Origin: Candidatus Omnitrophota bacterium
Lineage (GTDB): Bacteria > Omnitrophota > Gorgyraeia > JAFGGP01
Assembly: GCA_016930485.1 (NCBI GenBank)
Contig: JAFGGP010000013.1
Coordinates: 217,157 to 281,156, forward strand
Reading direction: 5' to 3'
Length of the DNA: 64,000 nucleotides
Shown here: positions 21,803 to 32,513 of the stretch, piece after piece
How the letters are laid out: each line of letters starts with the position of its first letter
How positions within the stretch are numbered: position 1 is the first letter of the stretch
Notes under the pieces: model-generated
Database searches by the model: none
Seen by the model: only the letters and a program-made list of their open reading frames with translations
Told to the model about the DNA's origin: nothing
Translations under genes and position numbers: made by a program

Positions 21803-21831
21803 ATAATATCAAGCAGAGGAGGCCATGTCAA
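21803..21831 (-). promoter_or_regulatory. sigma-70-type promoter for the HU gene
   Basis: Minus strand TTGACA (21831-21826), 17 nt, TATTAT (21808-21803). The ~40-nt UTR contains AAAGGAGG. Confidence 0.6.
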
Positions 21832-21838
21832 GTAAATT

Positions 21839-24800
21839 CTAAAAATTATTGGACTTAAGAACAATCGGCTCTATATGGATGTTTTCCTCCCCGACAAAGC
21901 GCTCCAGATCCTTAAATGCCTCTTCGCTCGGTTCGATAAAGAAGTTTTCCTCGACCTGCATCATAAAACGCCGTTTGTCAGGCCGCATCAGCTGAAGCAA
22001 TACCGGAATAGACCCTTTGTGGCGGGACAGGATCTCCTTAAGTGAATTGAAACTTGTTTCATCCAGGCCGGTTGTAATCAGATCGAGACACACGCGGGAG
22101 GTGCACTGTCTGGGTACCTCATCAATTGGGATAATATCGTTTGCTAAGATCTTAGGCTCTTCCTCTTTTAACGAAACCCTCCCGACAACCAGGATGACGG
22201 CATTCGGCCGTATATGATTGGCACACTTCAGGTAGGTTTTTGGGAATACCAGAACTTCCACCGTCCCTTCAAGGTCTTCAAGTGCAACGATCGCCATTTT
22301 TTCGTTTTTTGCCTTAGTCACCGTGTGTTTGGCCTTCACGATGATTCCGGCAACCGCAACATCCTCATTATCCTTCGCGTTAAAGAGGCCCGCATAATCA
22401 TGGGTCGCGTATTTCTGAAACAAACTGGAGTAGCGGGCAAGCGGATGACCTGAAATATAAAATCCGAGTAGCTGTTTTTCAAAATGCAGTATCTGATGTT
22501 CCGGCCACTCGGGAATGGAGGGGATTTCGTAAAAAGAACTCTTAAAATCACCGGACGATACCTCCTGATCAAAAAATGAGAGCTGCCCCTTCATTCTATC
22601 TTTCTGAAGATCCCCGGCCAGCTCGAGCGCCTTATCAAGCGCCGCCATGAGCTGTGAACGGTGAAGAGAAAAGCAGTCCATGGCCCCAGACTTTATCAAA
22701 CTTTCGGAAACCTTTCTATTGACAGTCCTTAGGTCGACTCGCTCGCAAAAATCGAAGAGGGTCTTAAAGGGGCCTTTCTCCTCCCGTGCATGCACTATCG
22801 ACTCAATGGCGGTGTGACCCACATTTTTAATCGCCTGAAGACCAAACCGTATTTTGTTGGTGTCTACCATGCGAAAATTTGAAAAACTTTCATTAACAGA
22901 CGGGGACAACACCTCAATACCCATCCTGCCCGCCTCAGAAATATACACGACGATTTTATCGGTATTGTCTGCCTCGCTCGAAAGCAGTGCCGTCATAAAC
23001 TCGGTGGGATAATTTGCCTTGAGGTAGGCGGTCCGATATGATATCAAGGCGTATGCCGTTGAGTGACTCTTGTTAAAGCCGTATCCCGCAAAATACTCTA
23101 TGAGATCAAACACCCTGTTTGAAGTGCGCTTTTCGATGTCGTTTGCCGCGCAGCCCTCCACAAATGCCTTGCGCTGCGCCTCAAACACCTCCGGGTTCTT
23201 CTTGCTCATTGCGCGCCGCAGGAGATCCGCCTCGCTCAGTGAATACCCCGCCAATACATTAGTAATTTTCATCACCTGTTCCTGATAAAGAATAATTCCG
23301 TATGTCTCTGCGAGCATGGGCTCGAGCAGTGGATGGTCATATCTGATCTGTTGAGAGGGATTATGTTTTCTTTTAATAAAGTCCTCAACCATACCGCTCC
23401 CTATCGGACCGGGACGGTAAAGTGCTAGAAGGGCGATAAGATCCTCAATGCGCTCGGGTTGCAATTTTCTCAGCAGATCTCTCATCCCCGCACTTTCCAA
23501 CTGAAACACCCCCAGCGCCTCGCCCTTTGAAAGAAGCTCATAGGTTGCCTGGTCATCGAGAGAAATCTGATTGAGATCGAGATCGATTCCCTTACTTCTT
23601 TTGATGATTTTTACTGCCTCATCGATCACCGTCAGTGTCCTCAACCCCAAGAAATCAATCTTCAGCATCCCGATTTTCTCGAGAGACTTCATGGAAAACC
23701 CCGTCGACACCTGATTATCGGAGCCTCTGAAAAGCGGCACGATCTCGGAAAGCGGTTTTTCACTGATGACGACGCCGGCAGCATGGGTTGATGCATGACG
23801 CGTCAAGCCCTCAAGGGCACCGGAGATATCAAGCAGCTTTTTGATCTGCGGGTCGGTATCATACATATCCTTCAGGCGGGGTTCTATACGCATGGCCTCT
23901 GCAATCGTTATGGCGGGATCGTGTGGAACAAGTTTCGCAATCCTGTCCACCTCTATGTAGGGCATATTCATAACGCGCCCCACATCCCTGATAACGCCTT
24001 TTGCCATCATCGTACCAAAGGTAATAATCTGGGCGACTCTCTCCTTCGAATATTTTTCAATCACGTAATTAATGACTTCGTTGCGCCGCTCGTAACAAAA
24101 ATCAATATCGATATCCGGCAAAGATACCCTGTCGGGATTGAGAAACCGCTCAAAGAGCAGGCCGTATCTGAGGGGGTCGATGTCGGTAATACCGAGGAGA
24201 TAGCTGACCAGGCATCCTGCTGCCGATCCCCTTCCCGGCCCTACCGGCACCTGATGCTCTTTGGCAAAATGAATAAAGTCCCATGCAATCAAAAAGTAGC
24301 TGGTGTACCCCAGCTGCGTAATAATTGAAAGTTCGTGGTCCAGACGTTGCCGGATCTCAGGGGTGGCATCCGGGTATCGCCTGAGCAACCCCTCCTCGCA
24401 CAGATGCCTCAGGTACTCCCCCCTCTCCATGCCGTCGGGCGCTTGATACTTCGGCAGGTGCACCTGCGTAAAATCAAGCTCCAGATTGCAACGTTCTGTA
24501 ATGGCGATTGTGTTCGATAGCGCCTCGGGAATCTCCTTAAAAAGCTCCCGCATTTCTGCTTCGCTCTTCAGATAAAACTGGTCGGTCTGATATCTGAGCC
24601 GGTTTGGATTATCAAGTGTAGTCTGCGTCCCGATGCACAGAAGGGCATCATGTGCCTCTGCCATATCCTGCGTAAGATAGTGCGCGTCGTTCGTAGCAAC
24701 AAGCGGAATCCCCATCTTGTGCGCAAGCCTTACAATGACGGGATTCAGCCGTTTTTGCTCCTCGAGGCCGTGATCCTGTATCTCGATATAGAAATTGTCG

Positions 24801-25312
24801 TTACCGAATATCTCACGAAACCGGGCACTGATGCCCTCCGCCCCTTTCACATCACCCGAGCTCAACAGACGGGCAACCTCCCCTTTCAGACAGGCAGAAA
24901 GACAGACAAGCCCCTCCGCATGCTCTGCGAGATACTCCTTGTCGATGCGCGGCTTATAATAAAAACCTTCAAGGTAGCCGGTGCTGACAATCTTAACGAG
25001 ATTCTGATATCCTGCTTCGTCCCGGGCAAGAAGCACCAGGTGATAGTACCCTTCCCGCATGCCCTCCATACCCCGGTCAAACCGGCTGCGTGGGGCCACA
25101 TACACCTCGCAGCCTATAATAGGCTTGATGCCGTTCTTCATTGCCTCGTCATAAAACTCGATTGCCCCGAACATATTGCCATGATCGGTGATAGCGATGG
25201 CTGGCATATTCAGGCGTTTGGCCACCTGTACGAGACGAGAAATATGGCAGGCACCATCCAACAGGCTATACTGAGAGTGCACGTGAAGGTGAACAAATTT
25301 TGAGTGATTCAT
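21839..25312 (-). CDS. dnaE: DNA polymerase III alpha subunit
   Basis: PHP-domain start MNHSKFVHLHVHSQYSLLDG, then polymerase core and OB fold. The track ORF begins 16 codons earlier, at a TTG inside the repeat element. Confidence 0.95.
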   Translation of the reverse strand: MNHSKFVHLHVHSQYSLLDGACHISRLVQVAKRLNMPAIAITDHGNMFGAIEFYDEAMKNGIKPIIGCEVYVAPRSRFDRGMEGMREGYYHLVLLARDEAGYQNLVKIVSTGYLEGFYYKPRIDKEYLAEHAEGLVCLSACLKGEVARLLSSGDVKGAEGISARFREIFGNDNFYIEIQDHGLEEQKRLNPVIVRLAHKMGIPLVATNDAHYLTQDMAEAHDALLCIGTQTTLDNPNRLRYQTDQFYLKSEAEMRELFKEIPEALSNTIAITERCNLELDFTQVHLPKYQAPDGMERGEYLRHLCEEGLLRRYPDATPEIRQRLDHELSIITQLGYTSYFLIAWDFIHFAKEHQVPVGPGRGSAAGCLVSYLLGITDIDPLRYGLLFERFLNPDRVSLPDIDIDFCYERRNEVINYVIEKYSKERVAQIITFGTMMAKGVIRDVGRVMNMPYIEVDRIAKLVPHDPAITIAEAMRIEPRLKDMYDTDPQIKKLLDISGALEGLTRHASTHAAGVVISEKPLSEIVPLFRGSDNQVSTGFSMKSLEKIGMLKIDFLGLRTLTVIDEAVKIIKRSKGIDLDLNQISLDDQATYELLSKGEALGVFQLESAGMRDLLRKLQPERIEDLIALLALYRPGPIGSGMVEDFIKRKHNPSQQIRYDHPLLEPMLAETYGIILYQEQVMKITNVLAGYSLSEADLLRRAMSKKNPEVFEAQRKAFVEGCAANDIEKRTSNRVFDLIEYFAGYGFNKSHSTAYALISYRTAYLKANYPTEFMTALLSSEADNTDKIVVYISEAGRMGIEVLSPSVNESFSNFRMVDTNKIRFGLQAIKNVGHTAIESIVHAREEKGPFKTLFDFCERVDLRTVNRKVSESLIKSGAMDCFSLHRSQLMAALDKALELAGDLQKDRMKGQLSFFDQEVSSGDFKSSFYEIPSIPEWPEHQILHFEKQLLGFYISGHPLARYSSLFQKYATHDYAGLFNAKDNEDVAVAGIIVKAKHTVTKAKNEKMAIVALEDLEGTVEVLVFPKTYLKCANHIRPNAVILVVGRVSLKEEEPKILANDIIPIDEVPRQCTSRVCLDLITTGLDETSFNSLKEILSRHKGSIPVLLQLMRPDKRRFMMQVEENFFIEPSEEAFKDLERFVGEENIHIEPIVLKSNNF

Positions 25313-25345
25313 TTTGAGCGGGCCCGACCTTCGGTCGTTTCTGAC

Positions 25346-25488
25346 AATTCCAAATTCCAAATGTCAAATTTCAAATGAATCGCGTTGTTGCCAATTAAAC
25401 CCTAAATCTTGTTTCCCCACATTGAAATGTGGGGCTACATTTTTTTGGATTTCATTTGGGTTTTGAATTTTGTCATTTGTCATTAAAA
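25346..25488. repeat. intergenic repeat element, copy 1 (~143 nt)
   Basis: Shares ordered blocks with 44496-44660: aattccaaat, caaatgaatcgc, attaaaccctaNatc, the hairpin ccccacat-tgaa-atgtgggg (25415-25434), gatttcatttgg and gtcatttgtcatt. The flanks form imperfect inverted repeats. Confidence 0.7.
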
Positions 25489-25502
25489 ATGTACTACTGA
25501 TC

Positions 25503-27047
25503 TTATTCCCATTCTATCGTGGCGGGTGGTTTTGAGCTAACATCGTATGCTACCCGGTTTATCCCTCTGACCTCATTGATAATCCGGGAGGAAATGCACC
25601 CCAAAAGCTCGTAAGGCAGGCGGACCCAATCCGCGGTCATCCCGTCAAGACTGGTCACGGCCCGGAGGATCAGCGCATACTCATAGGTGCGTTCATCACC
25701 CATAACGCCGACGCTCTTGACAGGCAATAATACACCGAAGGCCTGCCAGATGTCCTTATAGAACCCTGCCTTCTTAATCTCTTCGAGGATAATCGCATCG
25801 GCATTGCGAAGTATGGTGCACTTTTCTTCGCTAATCTCGCCCACGATACGAACCGCCAGGCCCGGTCCCGGAAAGGGGTGGCGCCAGACAATATCCTCTG
25901 AGAGACCGAGCCTCAAACCAATCTGACGCACCTCATCCTTAAAAAGCTCCCTGAGGGGTTCGAGCAACTTCAGACGCATCTTTTCAGGCAGTCCGCCGAC
26001 ATTATGGTGTGACTTTATCGTGGCACTCGGGCCTCCGAAGGCCGAGACGCTCTCGATAACATCCGGATACAACGTCCCCTGAGCCAGATGGGTAGCGTTG
26101 CCTATTTTTTTTGCCTCTTCCTCAAAGACCCGGATAAACTCGTGCCCGATAATCTTCCTTTTCTTTTCAGGATCAATGACACCGCATAAGGCAGATAAGA
26201 AACGCCTGCGTGCATCGACGATATGCACATCCACGTCAAACTGCTCTTGAAAAACCAAGGTTATCTTTTCCCGTTCCCCCTGGCGCAGAAGACCATTATC
26301 CACAAAGATAGCGTGCAGCTGCGGCCCAAGTGCCTTGGAAAGCAGTGCTGCAGCCACCGAAGAATCAACCCCGCCGCTTAAACCCAGGACGACATTGCCG
26401 GTGCCGACTTCCTCGGCAATCTGCCTCACTGAATTTTCGATGAACGTCTCCATAGTCCAAGTTGCACTGCAGCGGCAAATGGTAAAAAGAAAATTTTTGA
26501 TGATCTCGATGCCGTTCTCTGTATGAGCAACCTCAGGATGAAACTGCACCCCGAACAACCCCTTCTCTCTATTGCCAAGGGCGGCATAGGGTGTGTTCTC
26601 GGTGCGCGCCAGAACCTCAAAACCTGCCGGCAGCTTCTTGGCAAGATCTCCGTGACTCATCCAGCTGACGAACTTCTTTGGAATCCCGGCAAAAAGATCG
26701 GCATCGTCGACAACCGTAAGCGGGGTCCGGCCGTACTCCCGCTCTTTCGAATGCGCAACCTGACCGCCAAGCTGCTGCATCATCACCTGGGCCCCGTAAC
26801 AGATCCCGAGAATGGGAATCCCCAGCGCGTAGATCCCGGGGTCGGGACAGGGCGCATCCTCCTCATAAACGCTGCGCGGCCCTCCCGAGAAAATAATGCC
26901 TTTGGGGGGGTTATTCTTTATTGTCTGAAGTGGGATAGAAAAAGGAGAGATTTGACTGTATACTGACAACTCACGCACGCGACGGGCAATAAGTTGATTG
27001 TATTGCGATCCGAAATCTAAAATGAGTACCCAGTCCTGATGAATCAT
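25503..27047 (-). CDS. guaA: GMP synthase (glutamine-hydrolysing)
   Basis: [20 protein letters not shown] start, GATase domain, ATP-PPase SGGVDSSV and C-terminal ...PPATIEWE. Confidence 0.97.
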   Translation of the reverse strand: MIHQDWVLILDFGSQYNQLIARRVRELSVYSQISPFSIPLQTIKNNPPKGIIFSGGPRSVYEEDAPCPDPGIYALGIPILGICYGAQVMMQQLGGQVAHSKEREYGRTPLTVVDDADLFAGIPKKFVSWMSHGDLAKKLPAGFEVLARTENTPYAALGNREKGLFGVQFHPEVAHTENGIEIIKNFLFTICRCSATWTMETFIENSVRQIAEEVGTGNVVLGLSGGVDSSVAAALLSKALGPQLHAIFVDNGLLRQGEREKITLVFQEQFDVDVHIVDARRRFLSALCGVIDPEKKRKIIGHEFIRVFEEEAKKIGNATHLAQGTLYPDVIESVSAFGGPSATIKSHHNVGGLPEKMRLKLLEPLRELFKDEVRQIGLRLGLSEDIVWRHPFPGPGLAVRIVGEISEEKCTILRNADAIILEEIKKAGFYKDIWQAFGVLLPVKSVGVMGDERTYEYALILRAVTSLDGMTADWVRLPYELLGCISSRIINEVRGINRVAYDVSSKPPATIEWE

Positions 27048-27054
27048 GTCCTGA

Positions 27055-27083
27055 ATAATACCTTATCAAAAAACCCCTGTCAA
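27055..27083 (-). promoter_or_regulatory. sigma-70-type promoter positioned for a leaderless guaA mRNA
   Basis: Minus strand TTGACA (27083-27078), 17 nt, TATTAT (27060-27055). Only 7 nt (tcaggac) separate it from the guaA ATG at 27047. Confidence 0.5.
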
Positions 27084-27215
27084 GGTCCCCTCTTCGGATT
27101 GAGAGATGCCCTCTTTAATGAAAGGAAGGCCACGACCGTCTACCAAGCGTATATCCGCTCAATCGATCCTGGCCTTTTTCTTCCTATCATAACACGTCTC
27201 TGATGCGATACAAGC

Positions 27216-28808
27216 TCAGGCAAACCCTCTTTCTTGACTCAGGGTGAGTTCAAGAAAATTCTTTATCCTCCTGCTTCTGGTCGGATGCCTCAGTTTTCTG
27301 AGCGCCTTTGCCTCTATTTGCCTGACACGTTCACGGGTGACGTTAAACACAGAACCCACCTCTTCGAGGGTTCTCGGCACACCATCGCCGATGCCGAAGC
27401 GGAGCCGCAATACCTTCTGTTCGCGCTCGGTGAGTGTCTCCAGTACATCCTCAAGCTGTTCCTTAAGCATGGTATAGGCGGTTGCGCTGGCCGGGGAAAC
27501 CGCTTTTTTGTCCTCGATAAAATCGCCGAAATGCGTGTCTCCTTCGTCGCCGATCGGCGTCTGCAGGGAAATCGGCTCCTGGGTAATCTTGATGATGGCC
27601 CGCACCTTATCAACAGGCATCGCCATCTCCTTGGCAATCTCCTCGGGAAGGGGCTCCCGGCCATGTTCCTGGACAAGCGCGCGTGACACCCTGATTAGTT
27701 TATTGATCGTTTCGGTCATATGCACCGGAATGCGTATTGTCCTTGACTGGTCTGCAATAGACCGGGTGATAGCCTGACGTATCCACCACGTTGCATACGT
27801 GGAAAATTTATAGCCCCGTTTATACTCGAACTTTTCTACCGCCTTCATGAGACCGATATTCCCTTCTTGAATAAGATCAAGAAATGAAAGACCCCGATTG
27901 GTATATTTTTTTGCGATACTCACTACCAGGCGCAGGTTTGCCTCAACAAGGGCCTTCTTTGCCTTCGCATACATTGTATGCCTTCGTTTAATAAGCTTTA
28001 ATCGCTGTTTGATGCGCCCGTGTGACTCGGCGAATTCAAGTTCGATGCGTCTCCGTCTCCTCTCCAATTTGCCGATACTCCCCCTGATTCTCCTTGTCCG
28101 GCACCGGGCAATCTCCCTGTTGATATCCTCTATCTCCTTGAGGGCGCGTCGCATCTTGCGCACAACGTCCTCGATGCATGAAGTAGTCAGTTTAAATTCG
28201 TGCAGAATCTCCAAGATGGTACTCTTCTTCCGGGCAGACTCGAGACGTTTCGCAAGCTTGGCAATCCGTTTCTGAGTAGCCTCTTTCTTTGACTTGATAT
28301 TCTCGTTAATGACCTCATCCAGATTCACGCCCCCCTTGATTATCCTCTTGGCGATTCTCTGAACCGCCTTTTTCGTAAAACGGGAGTCTAAAACAGCGGC
28401 GGTAAAACGTTCTTCGGCCCGTTCAATCTGTTTGGCCAGCTCGATTTCCTGCTCTCTCGTTAAAAGCGGGATCTGTCCCATCTGCCGGAGATACATCTTC
28501 ACCGGATCGTCCAGCTGCGGAACCTGTTCAACTGTCTGCTGTGAGTCATCTTCGTGAGAATACTCAAGGGTATCGTCTTCCTCCTTAACAGATTCAAGAC
28601 TCATGTCCTCGCTGTCAACAATCTCGATATTCTCATCCCCTAACAGTGTCAGGATATCGTCGATCTCCTCGGAGGAAAACAACCCTTCGGGCAGGACATT
28701 GTTGACCTCTTCATAGGTCAAAAACCCCTTGTCTTTCCCCAACGTGATCAGCTTCTGAATATTGCTCTTCGTGCTGAGCTTCTTTTTTGTCTGTCCGGTC
28801 TTTTTCAC
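27216..28808 (-). CDS. rpoD: RNA polymerase sigma factor RpoD
   Basis: Acidic region 1, then [46 protein letters not shown] and the region 4 HTH. GTG start; 530 aa. Confidence 0.95.
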   Translation of the reverse strand: MKKTGQTKKKLSTKSNIQKLITLGKDKGFLTYEEVNNVLPEGLFSSEEIDDILTLLGDENIEIVDSEDMSLESVKEEDDTLEYSHEDDSQQTVEQVPQLDDPVKMYLRQMGQIPLLTREQEIELAKQIERAEERFTAAVLDSRFTKKAVQRIAKRIIKGGVNLDEVINENIKSKKEATQKRIAKLAKRLESARKKSTILEILHEFKLTTSCIEDVVRKMRRALKEIEDINREIARCRTRRIRGSIGKLERRRRRIELEFAESHGRIKQRLKLIKRRHTMYAKAKKALVEANLRLVVSIAKKYTNRGLSFLDLIQEGNIGLMKAVEKFEYKRGYKFSTYATWWIRQAITRSIADQSRTIRIPVHMTETINKLIRVSRALVQEHGREPLPEEIAKEMAMPVDKVRAIIKITQEPISLQTPIGDEGDTHFGDFIEDKKAVSPASATAYTMLKEQLEDVLETLTEREQKVLRLRFGIGDGVPRTLEEVGSVFNVTRERVRQIEAKALRKLRHPTRSRRIKNFLELTLSQERGFA

Positions 28809-29097
28809 TGTCCCACCCCTTTTAATGAGACCACACGTTACAGAACGTAAACGCCCACCAGCATAGAGGGTGTCCTCTCGCCATCCCGCTCTGGCAGGAT
28901 AGCTGAAAGATATAGTGTCTGGCCCACTTGCACCCTGTTTTTTGACGGTGCGCCACGCTAACCCTGGCTACTCTGCCTGTCCCATGCACTCTTATATAAC
29001 GTACAAAAATAGCTCACAAGCCCTGCGGTGCTGCGGGCGCTCAACAACAAGAATCATCCATCACCTACCGACTGAGCATCCTCACAACCTGCTGATA

Positions 29098-30870
29098 TCA
29101 CTTGAGATGCCGCAATTGCTTAACTGCTCTTTGAAACTCGAGAAGCAGGCGTTCCATGCCCTCCTCATCATGATTGACCTGTGCAAGCTTAATATCGTGT
29201 TGCAGCCCTTTCATCCTCCTCTCAAGGCTGCTGCGTTCAAGTGCAGCAAGACAGTCCAGAAAGACGCGCTCCCGATCTACAGTTTCGTCATCAGCTACAT
29301 ATTCCCCGCTAGCAAGCTCGGTAAGCAGACGGCGCGCACCGTCATTCGAAAGTCGGTTAATAAGTCTCTGGGGACTGATGGCTTCGCCACATTCATAAGC
29401 CTTATAACAGCACTCTAACACCTCCCGTGTGTGCGCACTACGAATATCATCGAGCACGATCCTCTTTTTCGTCTCTTCCAGATACCTGGCATCACTCAAC
29501 ACAAAGGAAAGAAGCATTTTTTCCGTTTGGTTTTCGGCATTCATTCGTCTGCCCGCTGAAACGCCTTCCTGTGTCTCTTTGCGCTGGACAGCGGTAATTT
29601 TTCCTATTTCCTGACGCAACGCATGCTCTTCGACATCAACCAGCGAGGAAAGTTTTTTAATATAGACATTCTGTAAAATGGCGTTGTCCACCTTTGCCAC
29701 GGCCGACAGAATCAGATCGCATATCTTCGTCAGGTGCGCAGGCTGGCGCGGATTATACTGCTCAAAGGCAAATTGCACCAGAAAATCAAAAAAATCCTTT
29801 GCATCCGCGATAAGCTCTCTCATTCTGTCGGCGCCGTATGTGCGCACAAAGCTGTCCGGATCATAGCCCTTGGGGAGCATCGCTACCCGCACATCGGGCG
29901 CCGTCGACCAGAGTATCTCGATGCCGCGAATGGTTGCGAGCTGACCTGCCTTGTCGGAGTCAAAAATCAAAACCGCATTTCGGGTGAATCGGCCCATCAA
30001 TTTAACCTGATCCTCGGTAAGCGCAGTGCCCAGAGACGCAACGATTGTCTTTATCCCGTTCATAAACGGGGTAATCATGTCCAGATATCCCTCAACCACA
30101 ATAACGGTATCGGCGCCGCGGATATCCTCTTTCGTAAGATCCAGTCCGTACAGCACTTTCCCTTTGGTGTAGATTGGGGTCTCTGGAGAATTAATGTATT
30201 TAGGGACGTTTTTGTCCGTTGAGAGCGTCCTGGCACCAAAACCGACAACCCGGTTCCGTATATCCCGTATCGGAAACATAATGCGATTTCGAAAACGATC
30301 CAAAAGACGGCCGTCTTCCTTCTCAATAAACAAACCGCTGGCCGCCAACACCTTCTTTTGGAATCCCTGAGATGTTGCAACCCGCAATAACCCCTCCCAG
30401 CCGGACGGCGCATATCCCACCTGAAAGGTACTCATGGCCTGACGGGTAACGCCTCTCTGCTCCAGATATGCCAAGGCAACGGTGTTTTTTAAAAGGGTGG
30501 CGTGAAAAAAATCCGCTGCCTTCTGGTTAATCCGAAAGAGCTCGGCATAAAAAGACTCCCTCCCTGATTCCTGGTGTTCCGGACGCGGTATGGTCACCCC
30601 GGCCTTTTCAGCAAGCAGGTTGGCCGCTTCAGGGAAATCGATATTTTCATACTTCATTAAAAAAGAAAAGACATTTCCTCCAACCCCGCAACCGAAGCAG
30701 TGGAAAATTCCCTTGTCAGGGTTTACGATAAAGGATGGAGTCTTTTCGTGATGAAACGGACACAGCCCTTTATAGCTTCTTCCGGCCCGTTTCAAAGGCA
30801 CGTACCCTGAAATAACCTCAACAATATCGGTCCGGTCTTGGATCTGGTCGAGAATTTCCTCTGGGATCAT
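29098..30870 (-). CDS. dnaG: DNA primase
   Basis: Zinc-finger region CPFHHEKTPSFIVNPDKGIFHCFGCG, followed by a TOPRIM domain. Canonical dnaG-rpoD order. Confidence 0.95.
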   Translation of the reverse strand: MIPEEILDQIQDRTDIVEVISGYVPLKRAGRSYKGLCPFHHEKTPSFIVNPDKGIFHCFGCGVGGNVFSFLMKYENIDFPEAANLLAEKAGVTIPRPEHQESGRESFYAELFRINQKAADFFHATLLKNTVALAYLEQRGVTRQAMSTFQVGYAPSGWEGLLRVATSQGFQKKVLAASGLFIEKEDGRLLDRFRNRIMFPIRDIRNRVVGFGARTLSTDKNVPKYINSPETPIYTKGKVLYGLDLTKEDIRGADTVIVVEGYLDMITPFMNGIKTIVASLGTALTEDQVKLMGRFTRNAVLIFDSDKAGQLATIRGIEILWSTAPDVRVAMLPKGYDPDSFVRTYGADRMRELIADAKDFFDFLVQFAFEQYNPRQPAHLTKICDLILSAVAKVDNAILQNVYIKKLSSLVDVEEHALRQEIGKITAVQRKETQEGVSAGRRMNAENQTEKMLLSFVLSDARYLEETKKRIVLDDIRSAHTREVLECCYKAYECGEAISPQRLINRLSNDGARRLLTELASGEYVADDETVDRERVFLDCLAALERSSLERRMKGLQHDIKLAQVNHDEEGMERLLLEFQRAVKQLRHLK

Positions 30871-31813
30871 AGTATATAAGACGCCTCAGGATCTCTAGTA
30901 GCAACGATTTACATCGTATTATATCAATATCTGTGCACAGGTTAATCTGGTTGCCATTGCAATCCCTCTTGAGCATTCCCCGTTCGGGCCCCGAGAGCAT
31001 CACAGAGACGCAGGCCTCTTCATACTCAGCCAACCCTGGTTCGAGCGCTACCAGCGCACATACGGCATCGTGCATAAAACACCTCTCACAGCCAAAGCGC
31101 TCATACGACGCCGCACACCCAAATTGCACTATATGTTTCAAAAAACCGCTCAAAAGAGAATTATTCCACCCAAGATAAGATATGTCGTCCGGCTTCAGAA
31201 AACACCGGGCACTCACTTTCAGAGGAACAAGAACGGTCTCCGCCGGGAGAGAAAAAACTGCCTCCGCACCCTCGGGATCGGCGCTAATGTTAAAATCGGG
31301 GTATCCGCCCGCAACTGCATCCTCATGAAACCAGCCCCCTGAAATAACGATGCGCCCTACGGATAACTCGGCCTTTTGCTTTTTAAACGCAGCAATATTT
31401 GTTAACGGGCCGCACGCGATAATGGTGTCGACCCCGTGTGTTTTAACGGCCCTGACCATCTCATCTGTCCCAGAGCGCACAACACACGCGTCTTTAGATA
31501 CCCTGGGGAAAACAAAATTCCCCGGGCTTCTTTTCCCATGAAACGACCTTCTTCTCTGTAGTACATCTTGTGGTGGCGAGTAAGAACCTTTGACAACAAG
31601 GGGGGCGCACTCACTTGGTGCGATATATAACAAACCTCGTACAGTATCAACTACCTCTTCGACGGTAAAATTGCCATGTACAGCCGTGAGTATGCGCAGC
31701 CTCTCCGGAGCCATGGTAAGGAGGATCAGGAGCGCCACAACATCGTCAATCCCCGCATCGGTATCAAATAAAATGCCAGGCAGGCGATGCTCCTCGCTTA
31801 GTGACCAACCCAC
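30818..31813 (-). CDS. nucleoside hydrolase (IU-preferring family)
   Basis: N-terminal DTDAGIDDVVAL aspartate cluster. 331 aa; the 3' end overlaps the dnaG start by 53 nt. Confidence 0.75.
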   Translation of the reverse strand: MGWSLSEEHRLPGILFDTDAGIDDVVALLILLTMAPERLRILTAVHGNFTVEEVVDTVRGLLYIAPSECAPLVVKGSYSPPQDVLQRRRSFHGKRSPGNFVFPRVSKDACVVRSGTDEMVRAVKTHGVDTIIACGPLTNIAAFKKQKAELSVGRIVISGGWFHEDAVAGGYPDFNISADPEGAEAVFSLPAETVLVPLKVSARCFLKPDDISYLGWNNSLLSGFLKHIVQFGCAASYERFGCERCFMHDAVCALVALEPGLAEYEEACVSVMLSGPERGMLKRDCNGNQINLCTDIDIIRCKSLLLEILRRLIYYDPRGNSRPDPRPDRYC

Positions 31814-32292
31814 GGAAAACTATCGATCAGCTTCTCGCACAGCCGGGGGGTAATAGTAAGCAGACGCGGTCCAAGCCATGACTGCTCATTCACCAGCTGG
31901 GCAAAATAGGGGGAAGGCGCGCTTACCAAAATAAGCAAAATAAGACTTGAGATCAACGAGCCTCGCACCACCCCTAGAATGAGACCGGTAACCCTCTCAA
32001 AAATACCTATAAGCTCTATCTTCATAATACTGAAGATAATAGTCCGTAAAAAAGAAAAGGCTGCTATACAGCAACCAAGGAGACAGAAAAAGATTATGAA
32101 TAATACAGGAGAGGAGGGAAGTGAAAAAAATGAGGCCATCCCCGTCCCGATCTCTTCCGAATAGTACAGTGCCAGAATAAGGCCGATGAGAAGACCGACG
32201 ATCTTAAATAATTCAACAAAGGCGCCCTTTCGAAAACCAACATAAGCAGCCCTTAACAGAATCAACATGAGGATAATGTCTATCCAGGCCAT
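31798..32292 (-). CDS. cvpA: CvpA family membrane protein
   Basis: MAWIDIILMLILLRAAYVGFRKGAFVELFKIVGLLIGLILA is a typical CvpA N-terminus. The track ORF begins 7 codons earlier. Confidence 0.8.
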   Translation of the reverse strand: MAWIDIILMLILLRAAYVGFRKGAFVELFKIVGLLIGLILALYYSEEIGTGMASFFSLPSSPVLFIIFFCLLGCCIAAFSFLRTIIFSIMKIELIGIFERVTGLILGVVRGSLISSLILLILVSAPSPYFAQLVNEQSWLGPRLLTITPRLCEKLIDSFPWVGH

Positions 32293-32350
32293 TCGCCCAA
32301 AAAAAGATATCATATTATAGTACTATAAGAAGAGATGTGAGGTTTTTGAA

Positions 32351-32379
32351 AGTATATCATATGAGAGATGCTTTGTCAA
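32351..32379 (-). promoter_or_regulatory. sigma-70-type promoter for cvpA and downstream genes
   Basis: Minus strand TTGACA (32379-32374), 17 nt, TATACT (32356-32351), inside a 200-nt AT-rich gap. Confidence 0.55.
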
Positions 32380-32513
32380 ATTTATAACTTCCTTATAATA
32401 AATAAGTTATAATTTTTTGCGGTAAAAGCGGTTGCGAACACGGTGCTAATGCATGTCGACGAATTGATAAATTTTAATTAGAAATATTAAAATGATTATT
32501 TCTGATAAAATTA

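Noticed and set aside
25415-25434. CRISPR repeat, suggested by the palindromic ccccacattgaaatgtgggg seen twice
   Set aside because: Only single units occur, 19 kb apart, each embedded in a larger conserved element. There is no array, no spacers and no cas genes.
28809-29097. 290-nt dnaG-rpoD spacer examined for a promoter or structured RNA
   Set aside because: I found only weak -35/-10 matches and a short direct repeat (ctgcgg tg ctgcgg). Nothing there can be defended without a covariance or TSS analysis.
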